Assembly: GCA_051872635.1 (NCBI GenBank) | Contig: JBJEEA010000003.1 | Location: forward strand, 6,236-70,235 | Source of the DNA: Bacilli bacterium | GTDB taxonomy: Bacteria; Bacillota_I; Bacilli_A; RF39; UBA660 | Direction: 5' to 3' | DNA length: 64,000 nucleotides | Part shown: in pieces, positions 55,436 to 64,000 of the stretch | Numbering within the stretch: the stretch's first letter is position 1 | Layout of the letters: each line of letters starts with the position of its first letter | Notes under the pieces: model-generated | What the model saw: only the letters and a program-made list of their open reading frames with translations | What the model was told of the DNA's origin: nothing | Database searches by the model: none | Made by a program: the position numbers and the translations under genes

Positions 55436-56971
55436 ATGGATAAGAAAAAGTTTTATATTAGTACGGCGATTGCGTATACTAGTTCGAAGCCACATATTGG
55501 TAATACTTATGAGATAGTATTAGCGGATGCTATTGCTAGATATAAGAGATTAGAGGGATATGATGTTTATTTTCAGACTGGTACTGATGAACATGGTCAG
55601 AAGATAGAGGATAAGGCTATTGAAGCTGGTATTAGTCCGCAGGAATATGTTGATAAAGTGGCAGGGGAAATTAAGTCTATTTGGGATTTAATGGATACTA
55701 GTTATGATAGATTTGTGAGAACTACTGATAAAGAACATGAAGAAAAGGTGCAAAGGATATTTAAGCGATTATATGATCAAGGTGATATTTATAAGGGAGA
55801 ATATAAAGGTTTATATTGTACACCTTGTGAATCTTTTTGGACAGAGAGTCAGCTAGTAGATGGTAAATGTCCTGACTGTGGTAGAAATGTTAATGAAGCA
55901 ACTGAAGAAGCATATTTTCTTAGAACTAGTAAGTATTCTAAATGGCTTGAAGAATATATTGAAAGTCATCCTAATTTTATTGAACCTGAATCAAGAAAGA
56001 ATGAAATTATGAATAATTTTATTAAGCCTGGTCTTCAAGATTTATGCGTATCTAGAACATCGTTTAAGTGGGGAGTTCCCGTATCTTTTGATGATAAACA
56101 TGTTATTTATGTATGGATAGATGCACTATCTAACTATATTACTTTTTTGGGTTATGATGTCGATGGTAATTATACTCCTGAATTTGAGAAGTACTGGCCT
56201 TGTAATGTGCATTTAATTGGTAAGGATATTCTTAGATTTCATACGATATATTGGCCAATTATGCTTCATCTACTTGATTTGCCTCTACCAGAGAAGATAT
56301 TTGGACATCCATGGCTTTTATTTGGTAGCGATAAGATGAGTAAGAGTAAGGGTAACATCGTCTATGCTGACGATTTGGTTCATGAGTTTGGTGTCGATGC
56401 TATTAGGTTCTATATGTTACATGAGATTCCTTTTGCTTCAGATGGTAATTTTACGAGGGAACTTCTTATCGACTCTATTAATGGTAATCTTGCTAATGTA
56501 CTAGGTAATTTAGTTAATAGGACAATTGGTATGGCTAATAAGTATTTTGATGGTATTATTGAAAATAAGAATGTGAGTGAAGATATTGATACCGAGTTTA
56601 AGGAATATATTATTAGTAGAAAGGCCATTATCGATGAGAAGATAGATGATCTTAGAGTAGCGGATGCTCTTGAGGAAGTTATTAATATTTATAGAAGATG
56701 TAATAAATATATTGATGAAACTACTCCTTGGGTACTTGCAAAAGATAATAATAAGAAAGATAGACTTGCAACAGTACTTTATAATCTAACTGAAGGTATT
56801 AGAATTGGTACAGTACTTCTTAGAGCATTTATGCCATCGACTAGTGAAAAAATATTTTATCAAATAAATACTGAGTTAAAAGATTTTGATAGTATACAAG
56901 AATTTGGTGGATATAAGAGTGGTACTAAGGTTAATGAACCGGAAGTTTTATTTAAGAGAATTGAGAACTAA
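55436..56971 (+). CDS. metG: Methionine-tRNA ligase (short form without C-terminal tRNA-binding domain)
   Basis: HIGH-type SKPHIGN, zinc knuckles CTPCESF...CPDCG, KMSKS; GGAGGAG SD 9 nt before ATG 55436. Confidence 0.93.
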   Translation: MDKKKFYISTAIAYTSSKPHIGNTYEIVLADAIARYKRLEGYDVYFQTGTDEHGQKIEDKAIEAGISPQEYVDKVAGEIKSIWDLMDTSYDRFVRTTDKEHEEKVQRIFKRLYDQGDIYKGEYKGLYCTPCESFWTESQLVDGKCPDCGRNVNEATEEAYFLRTSKYSKWLEEYIESHPNFIEPESRKNEIMNNFIKPGLQDLCVSRTSFKWGVPVSFDDKHVIYVWIDALSNYITFLGYDVDGNYTPEFEKYWPCNVHLIGKDILRFHTIYWPIMLHLLDLPLPEKIFGHPWLLFGSDKMSKSKGNIVYADDLVHEFGVDAIRFYMLHEIPFASDGNFTRELLIDSINGNLANVLGNLVNRTIGMANKYFDGIIENKNVSEDIDTEFKEYIISRKAIIDEKIDDLRVADALEEVINIYRRCNKYIDETTPWVLAKDNNKKDRLATVLYNLTEGIRIGTVLLRAFMPSTSEKIFYQINTELKDFDSIQEFGGYKSGTKVNEPEVLFKRIEN

Positions 56972-56987
56972 GCAATTAGTTCTTTTT
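56964..56987 (+). terminator. Rho-independent terminator of metG
   Basis: agaacta agcaat tagttct then tttt. Confidence 0.6.
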
Positions 56988-57103
56988 GCTTTATAAGTGT
57001 AAAAAAATGTAAAATTGGTTAAAAAGTATTTTACTATATAAAAAAATTATGTTATATTTTTAGTGTAGTGTTGCAGTATTTTGGGAAAAGGAGATAGAGG
57101 GCA

Positions 57104-57271
57104 ATGCTTAAAACTAAAAATCAAGGCTATATTCTAAGAATATTATTACTTATATTTTTTATAGTAACTGTAGTTTTAGTTTTAATATATAAAAATATTA
57201 TTGATTTGGTATATTTTGGAATATTATTTTTGTTATTTTTTATATTTTTGTTAGAAAGATATGTAAGATAA
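57104..57271 (+). CDS. Small (55 aa) two-helix membrane protein, not in the ORF track
   Basis: AAGGAGATAGAGG SD before ATG 57104; MLKTKNQGYILRILLLIFFIVTVVLVLIYKNIIDLVYFGILFLLFFIFLLERYVR. Confidence 0.4.
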   Translation: MLKTKNQGYILRILLLIFFIVTVVLVLIYKNIIDLVYFGILFLLFFIFLLERYVR

Positions 57272-57314
57272 ATTATACTATTATTAGTATGATTTTTTAT
57301 TAGGAGGATTTATT

Positions 57315-58076
57315 ATGTTTATTGATACTCATGCCCATGTTTTTAAAAGTTATTATGATGATATAGATAGTATTATAGAAAAATGTAAGAAATGTAATAT
57401 AGGTAGAATTATTGTAAGTGGTTGTGATATGAAGTCTAATATGGAAGTGTTAGAAATTATTAAAAAGTATGATATTGTCTATGGGACAATTGGTTTTCAT
57501 CCAACAGAACTTAAGGATTTTAAAGATGAATTTTATTCTTTTTTAGAAGAACATGTAAGTGATAATAAGATAGTCGGAATAGGAGAAATAGGCCTTGATT
57601 ATCATTATGAAGATACTGATAAGTTAAAACAACAAAATGTATTTAGGAAACAGCTTGAAATTGCTGAAAAGTATAATAAACCAGTAGTAATACATAGTAG
57701 AGATTCTATTCAAGATACATATAATATATTAAAAGATTATAAATTAAAGGGAAGTATTCATTGCTTTAGTGGTTCTAAAGAAATGGCAATAGAATTTATT
57801 AAAATTGGTTTTAAAATAGGTGTTGGAGGAATAATTACATATAAAAATGCTAAAACTATTAAGGAAGTAGTAAAAGGAATAGATATGTCATATATATTAT
57901 TGGAGACTGATTCACCTTATTTGTCTCCAGAGCCATATAGAGGTATGACAAATGATCCTTCTAATGTGTTAGTTATAGCAAGTGCTATTGCACAGATTAA
58001 AAACCTTTCAATTCAAGATGTTATGAGGATTACTACTTCTAATAGTGAAGGTATATTTGACTTTTCTTTAAAATGA
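57315..58076 (+). CDS. tatD: TatD-family metal-dependent DNase/hydrolase (YabD)
   Basis: MFIDTHAH, GEIGLDYHY, PVVIHSR, ETDSPYL; canonical position after metG. Confidence 0.9.
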   Translation: MFIDTHAHVFKSYYDDIDSIIEKCKKCNIGRIIVSGCDMKSNMEVLEIIKKYDIVYGTIGFHPTELKDFKDEFYSFLEEHVSDNKIVGIGEIGLDYHYEDTDKLKQQNVFRKQLEIAEKYNKPVVIHSRDSIQDTYNILKDYKLKGSIHCFSGSKEMAIEFIKIGFKIGVGGIITYKNAKTIKEVVKGIDMSYILLETDSPYLSPEPYRGMTNDPSNVLVIASAIAQIKNLSIQDVMRITTSNSEGIFDFSLK

Positions 58077-58121
58077 TGTTACAATTAATATGCTTTTAAA
58101 ATATTAATGAGGTGGGAAAAA

Positions 58122-58829
58122 ATGAAAAAAATAGCTACTAAGATAATAACTATTTTTTCACAAGTTGGAATAGTTAGTTTATTTTTAGTATTATTGTTTT
58201 CGAATACAAAGGGAAATGATGAAGTTATTACTATTAGTAATAATAACTTTAATAAAATGGCTGATTCTGTTTCTTTTCTTTTTAAGAGAGAAGAACAAAT
58301 GTTAGATACTTCTTCTGATGTTATTACTCCTCTTGATGATAGTAGTTCAAATACTGATGATTCAAAAGTTACAGATGAGAATACTAAAAAAGAAGAAAAT
58401 AAAAAAGAAGAAGTTATTTCTAATGTCGAGGGAAAAAATGCTAGTGATAATAGAGTTTCTTTAGACTATGATGTAATTGAGACTTATATTGGTAGTTTAA
58501 CTGGGTATGGACCTGATTGTTATAAATGCTCTGGTAAGACTAAAAGTGGATATAATTTAAATGAATCTATTTATTACGATGATGATGAGTTTGGAACAGT
58601 TAGAATTTTAGCAGGTGATCCTAGTTTTGGTAAAAATGCTATTTTTAGAGTTAGCAATGTTCCAGGAATGGATTCTTTTATTGCTATTGTTTTAGATACT
58701 GGTAGTAATGTTGGCTTTGATAGGGGAACTTTATTTGATTTGGCTTTTGCCACTGAAAAAGATCCTAATATTATAGGGCTTACTCAAAATGTTAAATTTG
58801 AACTTTTAAGAAGAGGAGAAAGTTGGTAA
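58122..58829 (+). CDS. 3D-domain (YabE/YocH-like cell-wall binding) protein
   Basis: Signal-anchor, Ser/Asp/Lys-rich linker, LTGYGPDC...GTVRILAGDP...IVLDTGSNVG 3D-type C-terminus; start set to ATG 58122 behind GAGGTGGG. Confidence 0.6.
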   Translation: MKKIATKIITIFSQVGIVSLFLVLLFSNTKGNDEVITISNNNFNKMADSVSFLFKREEQMLDTSSDVITPLDDSSSNTDDSKVTDENTKKEENKKEEVISNVEGKNASDNRVSLDYDVIETYIGSLTGYGPDCYKCSGKTKSGYNLNESIYYDDDEFGTVRILAGDPSFGKNAIFRVSNVPGMDSFIAIVLDTGSNVGFDRGTLFDLAFATEKDPNIIGLTQNVKFELLRRGESW

Positions 58830-58914
58830 TTCTTCCTCTTTTTTTATGTCTTTCGACATTTTTTTTAATTTGTATATCATATAATTTTTAATGAAAAGAA
58901 GTGATATATGATAT

Positions 58915-59841
58915 ATGAAAAAAATATTATTTATAACTTTGTTTGTTATATTTATTCCTTTCTTTATAGTAAGTTTTTTTAATGTAGATAAAAAAGAGGA
59001 AATAGAATTGACTTATATGTCTAATACTATAATTAGAGTAAAGAGACTCTCTACTGGTGATATTGAGTATTTACCTTTTGAAGAATATATAGTTGGTGTT
59101 TTAGCAGGAGAGATGCCAATATATTTTGAAAAAGAGGCATTAAAAGCACAAGCTGTGGCTGCTAGAAGTTATGCTTTAAAGAGAATTTCATATAATAAGG
59201 ATAATGATTATGATGTTGTTGATTCTATTTTGAATCAAGTTTATTTAGATAATTCTTATTTAAAGGAAGCTTGGGGAGATAATTATATTACTAATATTAA
59301 TAAGCTTAGGGAAGTAGTTAATGAGACTAGCCTTGAGTATTTGGATTATAATGGTGAAGTAATTGATGCATTATTTTTTTCGACAAGTAATGGTTATACA
59401 GAGGCGGCTTCGCTGGTATTTAATGTAGATTTACCTTATCTTAAAAGTGTTAAATCTGATTGGGATTCTAAAACAAGTTCTGCATTTAAATCTACTACTT
59501 CAATTACTTTAGAGGAATTTTATCAAAAAATAGGTATTGAATATGCTGATAAATTAGAAGTTAATGTACTTAAAAGAAGTTCTACTAATCGTATTATTTC
59601 GATAGAAATTAATGGAAATGTTTTTTCAGGAAGACAATTGTATGAAAAACTTGGTTTAAAATCAACTGATTTTTCTTTGGTTCAAGATGGTAAAAATGTT
59701 ATTATTAATACAGTAGGATATGGTCATGGTGTTGGGATGAGTCAATATGGAGCTGAGGGAATGGCAGAAGAAGGATATAGCTATGTAGAAATTTTAAAGT
59801 ATTATTATAATGGAACATCAATAAAAAAAATGGAAAATTAG
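58915..59841 (+). CDS. spoIID: Stage II sporulation protein D (lytic transglycosylase)
   Basis: YIVGVLAGEMP, EALKAQAVAARSYAL, DVVDSILNQVY, ALFFSTSNGYTE, GHGVGMSQYGA. Confidence 0.85.
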   Translation: MKKILFITLFVIFIPFFIVSFFNVDKKEEIELTYMSNTIIRVKRLSTGDIEYLPFEEYIVGVLAGEMPIYFEKEALKAQAVAARSYALKRISYNKDNDYDVVDSILNQVYLDNSYLKEAWGDNYITNINKLREVVNETSLEYLDYNGEVIDALFFSTSNGYTEAASLVFNVDLPYLKSVKSDWDSKTSSAFKSTTSITLEEFYQKIGIEYADKLEVNVLKRSSTNRIISIEINGNVFSGRQLYEKLGLKSTDFSLVQDGKNVIINTVGYGHGVGMSQYGAEGMAEEGYSYVEILKYYYNGTSIKKMEN

Positions 59842-59888
59842 GGTATATATTTTTGATTTTAGGAAAGAATTATACTAGAGGTGAAAAT

Positions 59889-60527
59889 ATGAATAGTAGA
59901 AGACTTAAACCATTTGTGATGCCAGCTTTATATGGAGGATTAGTTCTTGTTCTTTTGCTTAGCATGTATTTTGCAAAGGAAATAGTAAGTAATTTTAAGG
60001 ATAAGGGAAATTACGAGTATGTTGATGGCGAAATTACTGAAGACAATAATAGTGAGATTCCGGTAGTTAGTACTTCAGCTAAAATTACACGTCCATATTT
60101 AGATAGTTCGGTAACTATTTCTAAAACTTTTTATGATTATGAAGCTGATGCTAGTGAGCAGGAGAAATCAATAATTTTTTATGAAGATACTTATATTCAA
60201 AACTCTGGTGTAGATTATACAAGTCAAAATGTCTTTGATATTATTAGTGTTCTTGACGGAACAGTAATTTCGGTTGAAGAAAATGATATTTTGGGAACAA
60301 CCGTTGAAATTAGACATAGTAATGATTTGATATCTGTATATCAAAGTTTATCTGATGTTATTGTAAAAAAAGATGATGCCGTTATTCAGGGACAAATAAT
60401 TGCTAAAAGCGGTTTATCCAATATTAATAAAGATTTAGGAAATCATTTGCATTTTGAGTTATATTATAAAGGTAAAATTGTTAATCCTGAAGAATTCTAT
60501 AATAGATTTGTAGATGAATTACAATAG
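59889..60527 (+). CDS. spoIIQ: SpoIIQ-like membrane-anchored protein with degenerate LytM/M23 domain
   Basis: N-terminal TM, M23 core with first metal motif changed (NSGVDY instead of H.G.D) but GNHLHFE retained; spoIID-spoIIQ-spoIIID-mreB order as in clostridia. Confidence 0.6.
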   Translation: MNSRRLKPFVMPALYGGLVLVLLLSMYFAKEIVSNFKDKGNYEYVDGEITEDNNSEIPVVSTSAKITRPYLDSSVTISKTFYDYEADASEQEKSIIFYEDTYIQNSGVDYTSQNVFDIISVLDGTVISVEENDILGTTVEIRHSNDLISVYQSLSDVIVKKDDAVIQGQIIAKSGLSNINKDLGNHLHFELYYKGKIVNPEEFYNRFVDELQ

Positions 60528-60591
60528 GCGGTAAAATGCCTTTTTTTACATAATGCTTGTTTATTATTAATATAATATTTTGGGTGGAGAT

Positions 60592-60849
60592 ATGAACAGA
60601 AATATATATAATAGAGTTCTTCTAGAGGCTAAATATATTATAGATAATAATAAAACAATAAGAGGCACTTCAAATGTATTTGGGGTTTCAAAAAGTACCG
60701 TTCACAAAGATATTGGTGAAAGGTTATTGGGTATTGACAAAAATATGTATAAGAAAGTGTCAAGTATTTTAAAATATAATGCTGATATTAAACATATTAG
60801 AGGTGGAGAAGCAACAAAGAGGAAATTTTTGGATAAAAAAGCTAATTAA
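60592..60849 (+). CDS. spoIIID: Stage III sporulation protein D (mother-cell transcription factor)
   Basis: FGVSKSTVHKDI HTH and IRGGEATKRKF match B. subtilis SpoIIID. Confidence 0.88.
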   Translation: MNRNIYNRVLLEAKYIIDNNKTIRGTSNVFGVSKSTVHKDIGERLLGIDKNMYKKVSSILKYNADIKHIRGGEATKRKFLDKKAN

Positions 60850-60891
60850 AACTGTAAAATTCATTGGAAATGTGATAAAATGGAAATAGGG

Positions 60892-61896
60892 ATGGTGATA
60901 CCAGTGTTTAATAAAGATATTGGAATTGATTTGGGAACTGCAAATGTACTTATATATATTAAAGGACAGGGTATTGTACTTAATGAGCCATCTGTTGTTG
61001 CTATTGATGCTGAGACAAAAAAACCCCTAGCAGTTGGTAGTGAGGCTAGGGAGATGCTTGGAAGAACTCCTGGAAAAGTAAAGGCTATTAAGCCTATGAA
61101 AGATGGAGTTATTGCTGATTATGATACAACTGAAGTTATGCTTAATTATTTTATAAAGAAAGTTAATGGAAAGAGTTTCTTTTCGAGACCGAGAATACTT
61201 ATATGTTGTCCTTCAAATATAACCCAAGTTGAAAAGAATGCTATTAAGGAAGCTGCTGAAAGGACAGGGGCTAAAAAGGTATATTTAGAGGAGGAACCGA
61301 AGGTTGCTTCCATAGGAGCAGGTATGGATATATCCAAACCTAGTGGTAATATGGTTATTGATATTGGTGGAGGAACTACGGATATTGCAATTCTTTCTCT
61401 TGGTGGCATAGTAAATAGTTCTTCTATTAGAATTGCTGGAAATGCTTTTGATAATGATATTGTTAAATATATTAAAGATAAGTATAAGTTACTTGTAGGA
61501 GAGAGGACTGCTGAAGATATTAAGATAAGTATTGGTACTGTTTTCCCTGGCTCTAGAAGCGAGAAGATGGAAGTTAGAGGAAGAGATTTAGTTACTGGTT
61601 TACCACATACTATAACTCTCACTTCTGAAGAAGTTGAAGAGGCCTTAAGAGAAAGTGTGTATACTATTATTCATGCTGTTAAGGGAATATTAGAGCAGAC
61701 ACCACCTGAGTTATCTGCAGATATTATAGATAAGGGTATTGTTCTTACTGGTGGAGGTGCTATGGTAGATGGTTTTCCGCAAATACTTAGTCAAGAACTT
61801 AAAGTACCAGTGTTTATAGCGGAGTCTCCACTTACTTGCGTGGCTGAAGGTACTGGAGTACTTTTGGATAATTTATATATGTTAGAAAGGCAATAA
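60892..61896 (+). CDS. mreB: Rod-shape determining actin homologue MreB/Mbl
   Basis: DIGIDLGTANVLIY, EPSVVA, VIDIGGGTTDIA, LTGGGA; start ambiguous (60880/60892/60904). Confidence 0.9.
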   Translation: MVIPVFNKDIGIDLGTANVLIYIKGQGIVLNEPSVVAIDAETKKPLAVGSEAREMLGRTPGKVKAIKPMKDGVIADYDTTEVMLNYFIKKVNGKSFFSRPRILICCPSNITQVEKNAIKEAAERTGAKKVYLEEEPKVASIGAGMDISKPSGNMVIDIGGGTTDIAILSLGGIVNSSSIRIAGNAFDNDIVKYIKDKYKLLVGERTAEDIKISIGTVFPGSRSEKMEVRGRDLVTGLPHTITLTSEEVEEALRESVYTIIHAVKGILEQTPPELSADIIDKGIVLTGGGAMVDGFPQILSQELKVPVFIAESPLTCVAEGTGVLLDNLYMLERQ

Positions 61897-62005
61897 TTTT
61901 AAGTTGTCTTTTTATTGTGTGTAAAAATTATGTAAAAAAATATAGTTAGTATTTTAATTACTTCTTTTTTTTGATACAATTATTTTGGGAAAGAAGGATG
62001 ATATT

Positions 62006-62440
62006 ATGACAATAGGTTTAGCTAGTGATCACCGTGGATATAAAGCTAAAAAATTTTTAAAAGATGGTTTGTATAATTATGATGTAATTGATTATGGGAC
62101 AGATACTGAGGATTCTGTTGATTTTCCAGTGTATGCTGAAAAACTTGGTAGGGCGCTTCAAAGTGGAGAAATAGATTTAGGTATAGCTATTTGTGGTACT
62201 GGAATTGGCATGAGTATAGCACTTAATAAGATGAAAGGAATATACTGTGCTAAAGTTTCTAATGTCAGTGAGGCAATGCTTTCTAAATCACATAATGATG
62301 CTAATGCTATTGCTATGTCTGAAGATTTAAGTGAAGAAGATATGTTAGAAATAGTTAAGAAATTTATTGAGACGCCTTTTTCTAATGTTAATAAGTATGT
62401 AAGAAGAAATGAAATGATCAAGGAAATAGAAAATGGTTAA
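62006..62440 (+). CDS. rpiB: Ribose-5-phosphate isomerase B (RpiB/LacAB family)
   Basis: MTIGLASDHRGY, ICGTGIGMSIALNK, HNDANA. Confidence 0.88.
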   Translation: MTIGLASDHRGYKAKKFLKDGLYNYDVIDYGTDTEDSVDFPVYAEKLGRALQSGEIDLGIAICGTGIGMSIALNKMKGIYCAKVSNVSEAMLSKSHNDANAIAMSEDLSEEDMLEIVKKFIETPFSNVNKYVRRNEMIKEIENG

Positions 62441-62621
62441 ATTTATTTTATATTTAATTGTTGTCCCACTTGTTATTTTTGTAATGGACAGTATAAATAT
62501 TAATGTTATATTTAAAAAAAATAAAGTATATCAAGCTAGAATTTTATATATATTATTAGTATTTAGTCTTTCATATTTAGTTACTAATTTTTTATATGAT
62601 TTTATTTATTGTTTGAAGTAA
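62433..62621 (+). CDS. DUF1146 (YwzB-like) small membrane protein
   Basis: FKKNKVYQARILYILLVFSLSYLVTNF parallels B. subtilis YwzB as I recall it. Confidence 0.55.
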   Translation: MVKFILYLIVVPLVIFVMDSININVIFKKNKVYQARILYILLVFSLSYLVTNFLYDFIYCLK

Positions 62622-62738
62622 GAGCAAAATGATTTAGAAATATATTTTTATAAAAAGAAAAAATTAAGTAAGAATAACTTAACTTTTTCTTTTGCTTTAA
62701 TTATTAATGTGATAAAATACTTACATGTAGGTGATTAT

Positions 62739-63722
62739 ATGTTTAAAATAGGTAATATTCAGGTAAAAAATAATATTGTTCTTGCTCCGATGGCTGGAGT
62801 ATGTAATAGTGCTTTTAGAAAAATTATTAAAGAGATGGGATGTGGGTTGTTATGTGCTGAAATGGTTAGTGATAAAGGACTTATTTATGATAGTAAGAAA
62901 ACTAAAGATATGCTTTATTTCGAGGAGTGTGAAAGGCCAATATCACAGCAAATATTTGGAAGTAATAAGGATACTTTTGTAGAAGCTGCTAAAATGGTTT
63001 ATAATATTATGAAGCCAGATATTATTGATATTAATATGGGATGTCCTGTACCTAAAGTTGCTGTTAAATCACAGGCAGGTGCGGCTCTTCTTAAATCTCC
63101 AGAGAAGATTAGAGAAATTGTATCAGCGGTAGTCAAAGCGGTACCTGTGCCTGTCACAGTGAAAATTAGAAGCGGTTGGGATATTAATAGTATTAATGCT
63201 TGTGAGGTAGCTAAAATATGTGAAGAGGCAGGGGCTAGTGCAATTACTGTTCATGGTAGGACACGTAGTCAAGGTTATTCTGGGAGTGTGGATTTGGATA
63301 TTATAAAAAGGGTTAAAGAAAGTGTATCTATACCTGTTATTGGTAATGGAGATATTAATAGTATAGAAAGTGCTGAGCAAATGATTAATTATACGGGATG
63401 TGATGCTATTATGATTGGAAGGGCAGCTCTTGGTAATCCTTGGCTTATTAGGAAGTTAGTTACTTATTTTGAGACGGGAGAAATTATAAATGAACCGACA
63501 TATAAAGAAAAAATAGATATGTGCTTTCATCATATGGATTATTTATTTAAACTTAAAGGAGAAAAAGTGGCAGTATTAGAAATGAGAAGTCATATAGCAT
63601 GGTATTTGAAAGGAATGCCAAGAAATCAAGAAATTAAAAATGACGTATTTAAGGCTAAAACGAGAGAAGAAATAACAAAAATTTTAAATAACTATTTAAA
63701 AGAACTTGAAAATAGTATATAA
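62739..63722 (+). CDS. dusB: tRNA-dihydrouridine synthase B
   Basis: LAPMAGV, IDINMGCP, TVKIR, TVHGRTR; AGGTGA SD before ATG 62739. Confidence 0.9.
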   Translation: MFKIGNIQVKNNIVLAPMAGVCNSAFRKIIKEMGCGLLCAEMVSDKGLIYDSKKTKDMLYFEECERPISQQIFGSNKDTFVEAAKMVYNIMKPDIIDINMGCPVPKVAVKSQAGAALLKSPEKIREIVSAVVKAVPVPVTVKIRSGWDINSINACEVAKICEEAGASAITVHGRTRSQGYSGSVDLDIIKRVKESVSIPVIGNGDINSIESAEQMINYTGCDAIMIGRAALGNPWLIRKLVTYFETGEIINEPTYKEKIDMCFHHMDYLFKLKGEKVAVLEMRSHIAWYLKGMPRNQEIKNDVFKAKTREEITKILNNYLKELENSI

Positions 63723-63742
63723 TATTAAGTAGGTGATGGAGA

Positions 63743-64000
63743 ATGAAAGCAAATTTTTTAAAAAGGTTAGGCGCTTTTCTGATTGATTATTTTATAGTGA
63801 CTTTTTTATTGTCACTTATAACAATTGGATTTAAAACAGATAGTGGTTTAACAAAAGAGGCTAATGATTTAGTAAACAGTTATGCAAAAGAGGAAATAAG
63901 TATAGATGAATACAATGAGAAAGTAGTGGATATTAATTATAGACTTCAAAAAGGAAATGTATGGGTTAATGGTATTTCTTGTGCTTTATATATTGGATAT
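63743..64000 (+). CDS. RDD-family membrane protein (3' end outside window)
   Basis: KRLGAFLIDYFIVTFLLSLI typical RDD-domain start; GGTGATGGAG SD. Confidence 0.55.
   Translation, partial: MKANFLKRLGAFLIDYFIVTFLLSLITIGFKTDSGLTKEANDLVNSYAKEEISIDEYNEKVVDINYRLQKGNVWVNGISCALYIGY

Noticed and set aside
5019-62748. Longer N-terminal extensions offered by the ORF track (4547, 5019, 12068, 14075, 25450, 33703, 36695, 44192, 47697, 52860, 55418, 59853, 60580, 61985, 62709)
   Set aside because: In each case an internal ATG has a properly spaced GGAGG-type SD, and the resulting N-terminus matches the conserved family start (for example MPELPEVE for MutM, MKF for DnaN). The extensions overlap the upstream gene or spacer.
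4746-62982. Same-strand alternative-frame ORFs (4746..4982, 11474..11665, 20400..20633, 20652..20942, 29450..29641, 30376..30561, 44638..44856, 54478..54738, 62776..62982)
   Set aside because: They are embedded in the frame-shifted reading of recognised genes, with hydrophobic low-complexity products and no independent translation signals.
17959-63380. Antisense ORFs in the six-frame track inside well-supported genes (10005..10193, 11769..11966, 17959..18255, 18806..18991, 20528..20875, 30285..30545, 33600..33971, 34443..34763, 40350..40739, 44108..44290, 44816..45097, 48263..48511, 52091..52318, 56410..56628, 61146..61622, 62158..62421, 63123..63380)
   Set aside because: They fully overlap conserved genes on the opposite strand, have low-complexity Ser/Ile/Leu/Phe-rich translations typical of the complement of AT-rich coding DNA, and have no SD or promoter.

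Overview
Very AT-rich chromosome segment using the standard code (TGA is a stop, e.g. at dnaX and rsmI). It comes from an endospore-forming Bacillota-type bacterium and is centred on the replication-origin gene set. All calls rest on reading the ORF translations and the DNA by eye; no database search was run.

Gene order:
- secA 3' end, followed by two tandem decayed copies of an integrated element (kilA-N-like pseudogenes, truncated integrase, rhuM, a relic secA tail).
- guaD, CBS-type ppaC, ackA, nrnA, a long sigma-70 paralogue, sufC-sufD-sufS-sufU.
- A double-HTH regulator and two membrane proteins, polC, two mTERF-like repeat proteins, polA, mutM, tmcAL(-), ltaS(-), a solitary HerA-like ATPase.
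- oriC-dnaA-oriC-dnaN, a ComK-family gene, recF-gyrB-gyrA.
- An 875-bp gene-free gap holding a short SRP RNA and five parS sites.
- tadA-dnaX-ybaB-recR-bofA-holB-ricT, a methyltransferase, rsmI-pth-mfd, a Cys-rich secreted repeat protein, spoVT.
- T-box-metG, tatD, a 3D-domain protein, spoIID, spoIIQ-like, spoIIID, mreB, rpiB, dusB.

Main non-coding signals:
1. Five copies of the 16-bp palindrome TATTTCCCGGGAAATA, which matches the B. subtilis Noc-binding site. Two sit inside recF and dnaX, and two form 42-bp inverted repeats bracketing polA.
2. A dense parS (ParB) array between gyrA and tadA.
3. A recurring composite DnaA-box motif in both oriC halves.

Most unusual coding content: the tandem bacterial mTERF-like genes, the orphan HerA-like ATPase abutting oriC, and the ComK-family gene in the dnaN-recF slot. 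In addition, 21 of 24 intact genes left of dnaA are on the + strand, which would be head-on to a leftward fork from this origin.

No rRNA, tRNA, CRISPR array or intact transposase was seen.
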